64,000 nucleotides of DNA from Octopus sinensis (lineage: Eukaryota): contig NC_043011.1 in the NCBI RefSeq assembly GCF_006345805.1, positions 64,368,464 to 64,432,463 on the forward strand, written 5' to 3'. Below, piece by piece: positions 12,971-24,806 of this stretch. Positions within the stretch are counted from its first letter, which is position 1. Each line of letters starts with the position of its first letter. The notes under the pieces were generated by a model that saw nothing but the letters and a program-made list of their open reading frames with translations, was not told where the DNA came from and made no database searches. Both the position numbers and the translations under genes were made by a program.

Positions 12971-14459
12971 GGATATATAGTACATATTCAGACTCAGTTT
13001 GGAATTGGTTATTACGAAAATATTATCAAATTCTTCGAGATTTTCTGGACGAAGAAATGCATGTCAACAGCAGGTCACCCTCATAAACACATAATACATG
13101 TATACTTAATACATACGTACATACATACATTCTCTTGTATAGTGAAAATGTACACCTTTCCCGTTAATGTCTGTGGGGACATTATTGTCTTCGAAATGGA
13201 TTCTTCTGTTTAATTGGATAATAACCGCTGTCATTTTCGTTAGTTAGAATTACAGAGAAGCTACTTTACGTCATTAGAGACGATACTAACCACAACAAGT
13301 TCGGTAGCAATCCTGATCTTCAATGACGAGCAGAGGACAACCTTTTTCCTTAAACTTTGAAGTATTCTGATGAAGATATGACACATGTATATGGATGTAT
13401 TTTATAATCGTATTGTTACATGCATTATGTTGTTTCGCTAATTTTCGTGCAGCTTGATGTGAAATTTTCTGAACTGCGCTTGTTCCAAGTTCAATATTGA
13501 CATAATCTTGACTGGAAGCATGAGAATCTGCATGAGAAAACATCTCCGAATATAATCTTGACAAATCATTGTATTTATGTCTGAACACTTAATGTTATAT
13601 TTCCATATAAGGAACGCATGTTTCGTGATGTTTCAGTTGATAATTAGACTTTTCTCAAGTTATACAACATGCAGTTTCTAATATGAGTCAGCTGAAGTAA
13701 TTTAAATGGTTAAAATGGATACGGATGTATCCAGGATGGTATGCGTAATACGCAACGCGAAAAATCATTTTAATATCACAGCAAATATTTAATTTACTGT
13801 AAGTAATGAAAAGGCAATGTCAAAGTGATATCGAAAATGCTATGCAGAAATTTTACAACCTGATGTATATTTACACATACACTTTTATGCTTATAAAGTT
13901 ACATGTATATGTTTCCATGAGTTTGTATGATCCTAGTTGTAAACCTGGATGAAAGCGTGCTCTGAAGTATTTACATATAAACCTGTTTTTATACTGATGT
14001 CTTTTCTCTACACGTTTCGTACAAATAACCTATTTCTAAAATCTAGAGATAAATTTAGAAAACAATGAAAATGGAAAATATATTTATTCATGCTGTCCAA
14101 AAACCTTTCAAATAAATACTAATGTTTTGATTGGTAACTTAAATAAATCTGTAAAATACCTTTCAAAACATCATCCAAAGCATTAAATCGTCATTATATT
14201 ATACTATAAATATTTATGAGTGCAGAACAGAATGGCTTAATCAAAAGTTACCAAATTTGTAAATATTGAAAGATCTTTTGTACAGAATATTAAAATGGAA
14301 TTACAAGACTGCAGAGAGAAAATCCCAGCTGTTTCAATAAAATACGTTCAGATATAATGCCTTCTCAACCAATCGTTCCCATCCTTTTCACAGTGGTTCC
14401 CAACATTGGTACCTTTTATTTATATGAGTTTTCCCACGGAACACTTTTAATATGCTTAT

Positions 14460-14800
14460 CCTTCGGAAGTTGGAAGTCGGAAACCCCCATCGGTCATGAC
14501 TGACCATGGGATTGCAACTAGAAATTTACCCTCCCAGGCACAAGTCCGGGCAAGGTTGTTTATGGAAGAACAGCGACAGCCAATGCGTACCGGCATCCCA
14601 TCTACACGCCACCAATGTTATCCAAGGGAAAGGCAAAGGGCCCGATACAGCTTGACATCTGTGACGTCGCACCTCAGTTCTACAGCTGAGTGAACTGCAT
14701 CAACATGAAATAAAATGTGTTGCTCAAGAACACAACACGTAGACCGGGCCGAGGTTCTAATTCATAACCTCATGATCGTAAGCTCGACGCTGTAACCACT
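14460..14800 (-). mobile_element. SINE-like dispersed repeat
   Basis: Second copy at 24310-24520; tRNA-like head remnant near 14750-14800. Confidence 0.6.
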
Positions 14801-14823
14801 AGGGGCCCGTGAATTAAATTCAA

Positions 14824-14868
<45 letters not shown>

Positions 14869-14876
<8 letters not shown>

Positions 14877-15177
14877 AAAGGGCTTAGTAAAATAAATTAT
14901 TTTGCCACATACTGAACTCATTAGAAATAGCAGAAAAGTTTTTTTAGCTATTTCTAATACTTAAAGAAAGTTTCTCTCAGATAGTGTTTACTCAGAATAA
15001 CCCACGAAGGGGTTATGTTTTTACCCCCATACCTTCGTGGGTTATTCTGAGTAAACACTATCTGAGAGAAACTTTCTTTAAGTATTAGAAATAGCTAAAA
15101 AAACTTTTTTGGCTGCTATTTCTAATGAGTTCAGTATGTGGCAAAGTAATTTATTTTACTAAGCCCTTTTATATAAT
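14869..15177. repeat. Fold-back hairpin, ~142-bp arms, 21-nt loop
   Basis: Arms align apart from one 4-nt indel and a few mismatches; same family as 27030-27900 and 61361-62245. Confidence 0.9.
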
Positions 15178-15324
15178 GTAATATTTTGAATTCGCCTTAA
15201 ATGGTCCTTTTACATACTGAATACTTGGTGAAATTGATTAATAACTAATTAATTTTACCCTCAATTGTTGAAATTATATATATATACATATATATATGTA
15301 TGAGTAAGTATCTCATTTATTTCT

Positions 15325-15394
15325 TTACCACATTTATCACTGATGAAGGGAGGGTTCTTAGGAACTAACCTTGAAATCGGTCCGATATGGTAAT
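15325..15394 (+). ncRNA. Type I hammerhead-ribozyme-like motif
   Basis: CTGATGA (15340-15346), stem II, GAAA, short stem III (TCG/CGA), AUA triplet, and TGGTAA able to pair upstream. Confidence 0.5.
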
Positions 15395-15534
15395 AAAGGA
15401 ATTTTTTAGAAGTTTCGGTGGTTTGTTTTTTAGTAGCGTGCGTATTGTGAAAACTTATATGGTAATGGACAATATGTCTAATTTACGGCATATTTGGCAT
15501 TAGAATTTTTTTCGTTTGCCCTTATTTATAAGTT

Positions 15535-15604
<70 letters not shown>

Positions 15605-15905
15605 GAAATTTTGAATTTAATTCACGGACCCCCCCAGTAATATTTCCCAGGATGGGAAAGACCCTTCTAATCGTTGGAAGACTATAAGGGCACTGCAACA
15701 TATTATCAATTAAGACAATCGACAGAGAAATTTGTGCATTGGTATTGACTGTCAGGAATCTGGTAAGTTAGGAGATTTCCTATTCCGCGGCAGGGGTACA
15801 GCAGGTTAATCCGTGTAAAGTGTTACTTAACGAGGATAAATACGTCACGGCAACGACATACTTTGTTTCTCTCGTAATAAAACCTCCGTAAGAAAGGATA
15901 AATAC

Positions 15906-16156
15906 TGTTACACATTCATATCTATGTGTATACGTGTGTAGAATACATCCCCACTTTTGGCACTATTTGTTAGTGAACAGTACGAACTGTGTTTTAAAGT
16001 AAACAGTATTACTACGCTGTGTCTAACGATATACAGGTGTCGCTGCGCTGAAGGTAGCACAGTTCGTGTAACATGGAAAAGTAAATAAACACGTAAAAGA
16101 ATAACTATGCTTCGTATTGAGTTGTCTATCCCATTAGAACGAAACTACACATAACA
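15906..16156 (+). repeat. 5' LTR (251 bp, TG...CA)
   Basis: Begins TGTTACA, ends ATAACA, contains AATAAA, followed directly by the PBS. Confidence 0.9.
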
Positions 16157-16169
16157 TGGTGGCAGCGGT
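16157..16169 (+). promoter_or_regulatory. Primer-binding site TGGTGGCAGCGGT (probably tRNA-Leu)
   Basis: Directly abuts the LTR; complementary to the 3' end ACCGCUGCCACCA that I recall for metazoan tRNA-Leu. Confidence 0.75.
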
Positions 16170-17006
16170 AAATAATTAATTGTAAATTGTGACTATACAA
16201 CAAAACAGAAACACAACGAACCAGAAATTAACAAACAAAACATAGCTTCGTCTTCGGACACACATACACGAGAATCCAAAATGGTGAGCCCCGTCGCCGT
16301 ACAGATGAATCTACATCCAACCATGAATTGGGACTCCGGTGTTATCGTAGAAGCGTTTTAGAAATTCAAACAGAAATCTCAACTAGTTTTCAAAAGTTTC
16401 CTGAAAGGCACAACTGAAGAAGAAAAAGGTAAGCTATATCCTTTTATGGACGGGAGAGGAGGGCCTAGACCTATTCAATAGCTGGGACATGTAAGAATCG
16501 GATTGCAATAACCCAGACACACTTCTAGAGAAATTTGAGAGGCACCTAGAGCACAGGTCGAACCATAGAATTCACAGATACGAATTCCAGAGCCTGAAAC
16601 AAGACCCACAAGAAACGATTGACAATTTCCTGTCAAGACTAAAGAATGTTGCCGAAAAGTGCAAATTCAAAGATACGGACGAAAGAATTGTTGACCAATT
16701 AAAATGGGGGTGTATTCATAAAGAAGTTCAGAAATCCCTCATAGGTAAAGACGCTCTCCAGTTGATAGAATCAATAGACACTGCAAGAGCATTTGAAGCC
16801 ACTACCAAACAAATGGCCTCACTTACCTTACAAACAAACTCACTAGGCAGCAGTGTAGATATTGTATCTAGGCACAGGACGAAACGCACCTGCAAACAAA
16901 AAACATGCCAGTACTGTGGTACAGCGCATGAATTCCATAACCGGAAGAAATGCCCTGCATTCGGTACACACTATAAAGTATGTGGAAAACTTAACCACTG
17001 GAAAAA

Positions 17007-20000
17007 ATGTGTAGGTTGACAAAATCCCAGAAATACAAGCTCCAATCTTCAAAGAGGAGCGGAAATAGAAGAAGAAATATATATGCACAACAAAAGGAAC
17101 AAAACACTTCAGAGGAGGAATTCGTGGCGGTCGGCACAATAAATGTACATGAGATGGGAAAGGACGACCAGAAAAAAAATGAGGCATACACAACAATAAG
17201 AATTCAAAAGAAGTCTGGCAAGAAAAGAATAAACATTGACTTAAGGCTGAAGATTGACATTGGAGCCGAGAATGATATCTTGCCTGTCAACCTTTACGAA
17301 AAGATGTTCCCAGAACACATGACACAAGAGGATAAAGTCAAAGAAGGAATCCTCACACCAAGTGATGTAATCCTCACTGCGTACGGACGGTACCAGGATT
17401 CCACAACTGGGAGGAACAAAAAACAAAAAAAAACAAAACACACAGGGACACACAAAGGAAAATAATCAAGTGTTCTTCTGTCAACCTTTACGAAAAGATG
17501 TTCCCAGAACACATGACACAAGAGGATAAAGTCAAAGAAGGAATCCTCACACCAAGTGATGTATCCTCACTGCGTACGGAGGTACCAGGATTCCACAACT
17601 GGAAAAACAACAATCAACAGGGACACACAAAGAAAAAATAATCAAGTGTTCTTTTAATGTCACAAGAACAGAGGGACCAGCAATTCTTGGACTCAATACT
17701 GCAAAAAGCTAAATATTGTGTCAATCAATGGTGAAGTGAAGGCAGCTCCAAGCAGGATTGACAGAGATATGCCTATCAAAGACCGACCACCCATCACAAA
17801 CAAAGAACTGATAAGCATGTACCCTGAATGATTTGACGATACAGTGCTTGTGGAATGTCGATACCATATAACAGTCAACCCTAATATCAAACCAATTGTT
17901 CACCCACCTCGCCGCGTCCCTCTAGACTAAAAGAAGAAGGGAGACAGAGTTGGACAGAATGGAAAAAAAAAGAAATAATCGCCAAGTGACACGACCAACA
18001 GACTGGGTAAATTCAATCGTAATCAAGGAAAACCCAATGGTACCCTACGGATATGCCTCGACCCAAGGGACCTGAACAAGGCATTAAAAGAGAGTACCAT
18101 CCATTCCAACCCTTGAAGAAATCACACCATCATTGGCTGGGTCCAAATTATTCAGCAAACTGGATGCCAGTAATGGGTACTGGAATGTAAAGATAGACGA
18201 AGAGTCATCCATGCTCACTACCTTCAACACACCATTTGGCAGATATCGATTCAACCGACTCCCATTTGGATTGAAGGTGAGCCAAGATGTTTTCCAGCGC
18301 CAAATAGATGAGACCTACCAAGGCTGCAAGGGAGCAATTGGAATAGCAGAAGACATCCAAGTGCATGGCAAGGATGAGACCACACATGACTTCAATTTAC
18401 ATGAAGCTATGCAGAAAACCCGACAAGCAGGCATCAAACTCAATGCAAACAAGTGTGTGATAAAAGCAAAGAAGTGCAAATTCTTTGGAATTATATACTC
18501 TGCAGAGGGATTTAAACCAGACCCCGCTAAATTGGAAGCCCTTAGAGACATTAAAGAACCTAAAGACGAGAAGGAACTCAGGAGCTTCCTGGGACTCATC
18601 CACTACATGGGAGCCTTCATACCCAAGCTGGCTGATCACACTGCAAATCTCCGAGAACTAAACAAAGATGACGTAGAGTTTGATTGGTGTGCTTCACGCA
18701 CACAGGATTTCGAAGCGATCAAAAAGCTCATCAGTAAGGAGACAACTCTGCAATAGTATGACAGACGCAAACCAATAATACTCCAAGTCGATGCATCTAT
18801 GAGAGGAGTTGGCGAAGCACTGATACAGGGAGGTAAACCCATTGCATATGCCTCGAAAGCTCTCTCACCCACAGAGACAAGGTACGCAAATATTGAAAGG
18901 GAACTCCTGGCAGTAGTATATGGATGTGAAAAGCTCCATACATACCTGTATGGCAGACATTTCTATATTGAAACAGACCATCGCCCGCTAGAACAAATAC
19001 ATAGAAAAAAACTCACAAAAGCACCAACTAGACTGCAAAGATTACTGTTAAGGCTTCAAATATACGACTACGATATCAGGTACAAGCCAGGAAAAGACCT
19101 GATATTGGCGGATGCTCTTTCCAGACTATCATCACGTGATAAACAGGAGATGGAAAGACTAAGCATAAAGGTCCACCACATTGTAAATGTGACAACCACA
19201 AAGCTAGCAGAAATCAAAGAGGCAACCAGCAGAGATGAAGAACTTCAGCTCCTTACTCAGATGGTGATTCAGGGGTGGCCAGAAAAGAGACATCAGGTGC
19301 AGTCCCTAATTCGTGAATATTGGGCCATCTATGATGATATATCAGTGGAGAATGGAATCCTGATGGCTGGATCCCGAATAATTATACCCAAGTCAATGAG
19401 AAAAGAGATTCTGGACAAGATCCACCCAGGGCATCTAGGAATGGAGAAATGCATGCTTCGAGCCAAGTCAGCAGTATATTGGGTAGGCATGTACAAAGAC
19501 ATAGAGAAGACAGTTTCTACATGCCACATCTGTAAAAAGTACAGAAACTCACAACAAAAAGAGGAAATGATATCTAGTGACATCCCAAGAAGGCCATGGC
19601 AAACTATTGGAGCAGATCTGTTCACAGAGGGCTAAGAATGGTATTTGATTATGGTCTGCTACAACTCAAATTTCCAATTGTGAGAAAAGTGAAGGACCTG
19701 AGAGCCCAAACAATCAATACAGTTGCTCGAGGACTTCTAGCAGACCAAGGAATACCAGAGCAGATCATCTGTGGCAATGGAACCCAGTTCACATCGCAAG
19801 AATTCAAAAAGCTAGCCGATGAGTATGGGTTCAATATTACAACCTCATCTCCACACTACCCGAAAGGTCATGGGTTTATAGAAAGACAGGTGCAGACAGT
19901 GAAGAGAACACTAGTCAAATGCCGAGAGACTAAGGAAGACCCACACCTGGCACTTCTGTCCCTACGAGCAACACCACTGAGAGCTGATATGAAATCCCCA

Positions 20001-20318
20001 GCAGAATTGCTGAATGGCAGGAAGTACAAAACTACCCTGCCAAGTAAGATTCAACCTCCTATTGACCAGGAAGAGACAAGGGCAAAGTCAGCAGCCACTC
20101 AAGAACATTCACAGAAATGTTACAACAAACATGCACAATACTTACCTGAGATACTTGGAGGACAACATGTACATACTCAAGATCCCATAACTAAAACAAG
20201 GATTCCAGCACAGGTTGTCAGTAGAGCTGAAACCCCAAGATCGTATATAATAAAAACGGAATCTGGTAAGCAGCTTAGACGCAACAGGGCCCATATCCGC
20301 CCAACACTAATGGGATAG
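17007..20318 (+). pseudogene. pol: Gypsy pol (PR-RT-RH-IN), broken by stops and frameshifts
   Basis: ORFs 17007-17465, 18133-18756, 18799-19635 and 19596-20318; RT catalytic DD reads ED (IAEDI). Confidence 0.9.
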
Positions 20319-20538
20319 ACAACTCAATAAGAAGCATAGTTATTCTTTTACGTGTTTATTTACTTTTCCATGTTACACGAACTGTGCTACTTTCAGCGCA
20401 GCGACACCTATATATCGTTAGACACAGCGTAGTAATACTGTTTACTTTAAAACACAGTTCGTACTGTTCACTAACAAATAGTGCCAAAAGTGGGGATGTA
20501 CTCTACACACGTATACACATAGATATGAATGTGTAACA
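20307..20538 (-). repeat. Inverted LTR copy (232 bp)
   Basis: Reverse complement of 15906-16137 with 4 substitutions counted; lacks the last 19 bp of the LTR. Confidence 0.95.
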
Positions 20539-20573
20539 AATACTAACCAGGATTTTTTCCCCCTTATTTCCAG

Positions 20574-20622
20574 TAATGAATACCTATTATTCTAGCAACT
20601 ATGATTATTCTAATGGTGGTGA
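20574..20622 (+). CDS. Gene A exon with start codon and putative signal peptide
   Basis: Branch point TACTAAC (20541-20547), acceptor TTTTTCCCCCTTATTTCCAG, overlapping donors GTGAGT (20619) and GTAAGA (20623); ATG at 20601 gives MIILMVV in phase 1. Confidence 0.55.
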
Positions 20623-23600
20623 GTAAGAGAGTAAACCAACGATTAATATTAAACGATGTTTATGATCATGAAATCCGAAAATTGTGATGCCAGAGGTCAA
20701 TGGACTATTTCAGAGTATTCTTGAGATTAATCGACGTACTCATAATAAATTGTCCACGTTATGTCCTAAATGGATAAGGATAATATAGAGCATGTTTGTC
20801 AAGGACTTTAGATCCACATCAAAGCAGCCTTTAGAGCTAAAGGCGGGTGGATAGACTGAGCTGATGAGAAGGTTTATTGTGATCTAGCCCACAGATATTT
20901 ATCAAAATATATTTATTTGTCTTGTAATATTTTATCAGTCCCAATATGTTTGAGGCGTATTCGAACCGGTGAACAAAGTATTTACTGCATTTTTTCACGG
21001 AAGATATATCCCGTTTGTTGACAAATGGCGTGTATACACCTACATTCGCCGGTTCAAATGTGTCTCAAGCATATTCAGGCTGACAATGACGTCACAGGTT
21101 TACCCATTACTGCTTAGCGCTCACCGTCAGGAATCTACTTTTCTATGCATTGCACTTGTTTTATTAAATTACCAAGTATGCCCACAGGTATCTCTTGCGT
21201 TCCGTAGATATGTAAATGTTTTGACCTGTTCATAGTTAGCTGAGCAAGAGTGCATGTTGTGTGTATACTCATATATTTGTTTCGATCAGCACGAATATAT
21301 CAACATGTTTTAATTATTCAGTTTTAATGATATGTTCTGTTTTGATACTGGTAATTATGTAAAAAAAAAAACTCTTAATCATTGGCTGTCTCCTATATTT
21401 ACTTTTAAATCATTCCATCTGATTGAAACCTCAATATGTTAATTACTGTTGTATTTATTACATGAAAATAGGTTCTCGTTTACGAAAAATATGCATTCAT
21501 AACATATTCGACTAATTAAGACAAAGGATTCTGTGACACTGATGTTTGGACTTGACACTGATGTCTGTCGGCAGCTTTCCTCTAAGCAATCAGAATACTC
21601 ATTTAGATAATTAAACCAATAGCAAGCACGCATACAGAATGCTTGTATTTTGATAGTTTGAGGGTATGCTGCTCTTATAGGCATAAGAGAGTATATTCTC
21701 TTAGTGCGATTGGTGTTAAAACACCCGTGAGTCATAGACAAGCGAGATAACTCGCGACAGATCCTATTCAAGAGCGATAGACATCGATGTTTCGTAAATT
21801 TTGTGACTCGATTTTCCATCAGGCGCATGAAGAGGACCTAATCTCTTAAGCATATTTGATATAGTTAAAACTTGTCAAATAAAAAAAGATGTAAATTAAA
21901 CCATAAAATGAAAGATGAACACATGTTAGCATATATAATTAAATATAGCAAATATGTATCTTCACTTATTTAAGGCCAGCACCTGTTACACTATATTACT
22001 TAAGACGAAGTTAGTTGACGGTAAATTTATTTTACTACTTGAACGATTTGTTACGGATAACCAAGATGAAATATTCCATATTCATTTCATTTCTCATTTT
22101 CAGTAAGTTTCGATTACTGCATATAAACGTCTCACCTGTATAGCTAAGTGGAAATCTCTGTTTATTGTTATCTCTTATTCTGATTCTCGTTAGGACGGCA
22201 TTTATGCATGTAAGTGTATACATACACATACAAATAAACACACATCTATTGATGTGAATGTTTCTCTGTGTGTCAATGAATACAAAGGTTACAACACTGA
22301 TGCTTAAAATTTGACCTTTAAAAATACATTATTGCATTCAATTTCCATGCGCAGTGCCTGTTTTCTGTTATGACACAACATCCAGTAATATCTTCTTAAC
22401 GGGTTTGGTGCACAAAAGCCATATGAAAAAACACACACACACATACATACGCGCGCGCGAACAAACAAATGTATATATGCGTGTGTATGTGTGAGCGTTT
22501 GTGTGCCAATGTATATGCGTGTGTTTCTTCCTTTGCATTCTACCTCTTGTCAATCGATATTAGTTTACCTGTACGTAGCTCTCCATTAAAGGATCCAATT
22601 GAATAAATATTTGCCTTAAAATAACACTTAAGGTGCACTAGTATGTCTGTAGGCCAACGACTGAAGAAAGTAATAATAAAACGATAGATGGGTCTTCTTT
22701 ATATCTATGTATAAGCGTGCATATAAAGGGTTCAAACTCTCTTTGTATACTATCTCTCACAACATGCACAAACGCGCTCAACGCTATAAACTTATGTAAA
22801 AACAATGCCATACATGCAGACTTTGCAATATGCGTTTAAATTATATAAATCACTGACTCACATTTATATAAATACAAATACTAAATCTATTTCATTATGC
22901 AAAAACTATCATCGAAAAAGTGAAGTGTACCCAAGCAAAAAATCGGACTATAAAACAGCAATAATGCAAAAAAGCAAAAATGACACCCTAGTACGTAATT
23001 ACTCTCTGGAATTGGCATACTTTGACGAGCTGCTCTATTTTGCTACTAAAATATGCATTAATATTAAGCGTTATTGGTTATAAGAATTAAGGTCTCCACG
23101 CAACATTAATACAATTGAAGATGGGTCATTTAAAATATATCGTTTTTGGATTTGGTTTCGAAGATTCTTTATATAGGTTCGTGTGTTGAAGCATATTCTC
23201 TTGTGTCTAGGGAGAGTCATTTTCTTTTTGTTTTATAATTTGATTTGTATTATAATTTAACACAATCACCGGTAAAATTTCCACTTATTTCTTATTTTTA
23301 TTTTGCTAAAATGTTCGTTGTGTCTTGCAACATTTTCACGCGAGAAGTAGTCAAAACTGCCTTTTGAAGGCAGTTTTCTCTTTTGTTTAAATATACACTA
23401 TTTTATATTTGAGAATATATTGTCTATTGACATTTTATATATGTTGGACCACTGGACATGAATTTTCAAAAAGAAAAAATTCACTACTATATATATATTT
23501 TACGTAAATGTTTTTAGCAATATTTAAAAGATTAGTTCGGCAGTCATTCATTTACTCCCGACTGATACTGCCCTTGCGCGGCGAATTTTTAAAATTATAA

Positions 23601-23973
23601 TGTATAACGAAGAGACACATGTTACTCGACACTTAATTATATGTTAGTTTTATGGCGCGGTCACTGATGAAATATTTCGCCTAGCAAATTATTTTATTTG
23701 CTAAAAAAATTTAGACATCTAGGTCTGACCGGAATAAAGTAACAGGATAAAAGTTATTTTTCATTCCTTTTCAAGATTGGTCTTCAATGTGGGTTCGGTC
23801 GTTTTGACTACTTGTTCTAGCGTGTAAACATTGCTTGCTGAAGGCAGTTTTGTCATATAGTTAAATGTTCACTATAATATATTTGAGAATATGTTGTCCA
23901 CTGCCTTCTTATATATGCTAGACCATTATATATATTTAGCTACCTACATATGTCAATGCATATATATATAATA

Positions 23974-24022
<49 letters not shown>

Positions 24023-24309
24023 TGTTATGAATACATACATAGATACGTACATATATTCATATATGTAGATATGTAAATATGTAAATATGTAAATAGTCCG
24101 TAGACAATAGGTTGTGTTAATATTTCATTGTACGTTTTAGACATCGGGAGGTCAATAATAGATTAGTACAAGTTTGTACAAGTATAGATATCCGCATTAT
24201 TGGTTAATATTTTCACTTTGCCATTGACACGCAAGGCTTATTTTAACCACGTGACAGAAATGTTTGCCTTAGACTAAAAGTACAAGAGTTCTTCGAAAAG
24301 AGATTAGTG

Positions 24310-24520
24310 ACCCTTTTCGGTCATGAATGACTATGGAATTGCACCGAGAAAGTCACCCTCCCAGGCACAAGTCCGGGCAAGCTTGTTTGTGGAAGGCCAG
24401 GAGTCGTCCATGCATGCCAGCCTCACCTCTCCTCACCACTGATGTTATCCATTTAAAGCATAATACAGAAACTTGTTTGAACATGGTTCGGTTAACGTCG
24501 CGCATGTGTGGTAACACACA
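24310..24520 (-). mobile_element. SINE-like repeat (family of 14460-14800)
   Basis: Shared CCTCCCAGGCACAAGTCCGGGCAAG core. Confidence 0.6.
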
Positions 24521-24703
24521 CAATATATAACACATTAAACGAAGGTATTTTAAAATCCAATAATTTTTACATATACACGAATCAGTTCAGGAATACAGTA
24601 AATGTACAGAATTTATTTAGGACAGTATCAACTGCCTCAACATATTTATCTGTAATATTTATTTATTTTACTTATATAAAATATCTTTCGTTTTAATTTA
24701 TAG

Positions 24704-24806
24704 AATTTGTACTAGCAGCAGACCATTGTACAGAAATAGCCAAAGAATCTTGCCACGATGCAATGAAAGCATATCCTCATTTATCAAATAATTCTGACTA
24801 CTGCAG
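24704..24806 (+). CDS. Gene A exon 2 (xFVLAADHCTEIAKESCHDAMKAYPHLSNNSDYC)
   Basis: Acceptor TTTTAATTTATAG, donor CAG|GTACGT, open phase 1 to 2, Cys-rich. Confidence 0.75.

Larger units (their letters stand above)
14802..15632. mobile_element. TIR-bounded composite (MITE-like)
   Basis: GGGGCCCGTGAATTAAATTCAAATTTCATATA at 14802 is the near-exact reverse complement of the sequence ending at 15632. Confidence 0.6.
15906..20538 (+). mobile_element. Ty3/Gypsy LTR retrotransposon with inverted terminal LTR copies, AATAC TSD
   Basis: Degenerate gag with CQYCG..H...C knuckle, PR (KIDIGAE), RT, RNase H (VDAS..G.G, IERELLAV, TDHRPL), integrase (H-H-C-C, GFIERQVQT); AATAC at 15901-15905 and 20539-20543. 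Confidence 0.95.

Noticed and set aside
21131-21187. Hydrophobic mini-exon candidate (ESTFLCIALVLL), also 22150-22209
   Set aside because: No in-frame ATG, and the phase-0 donors are incompatible with gene A exon 2.
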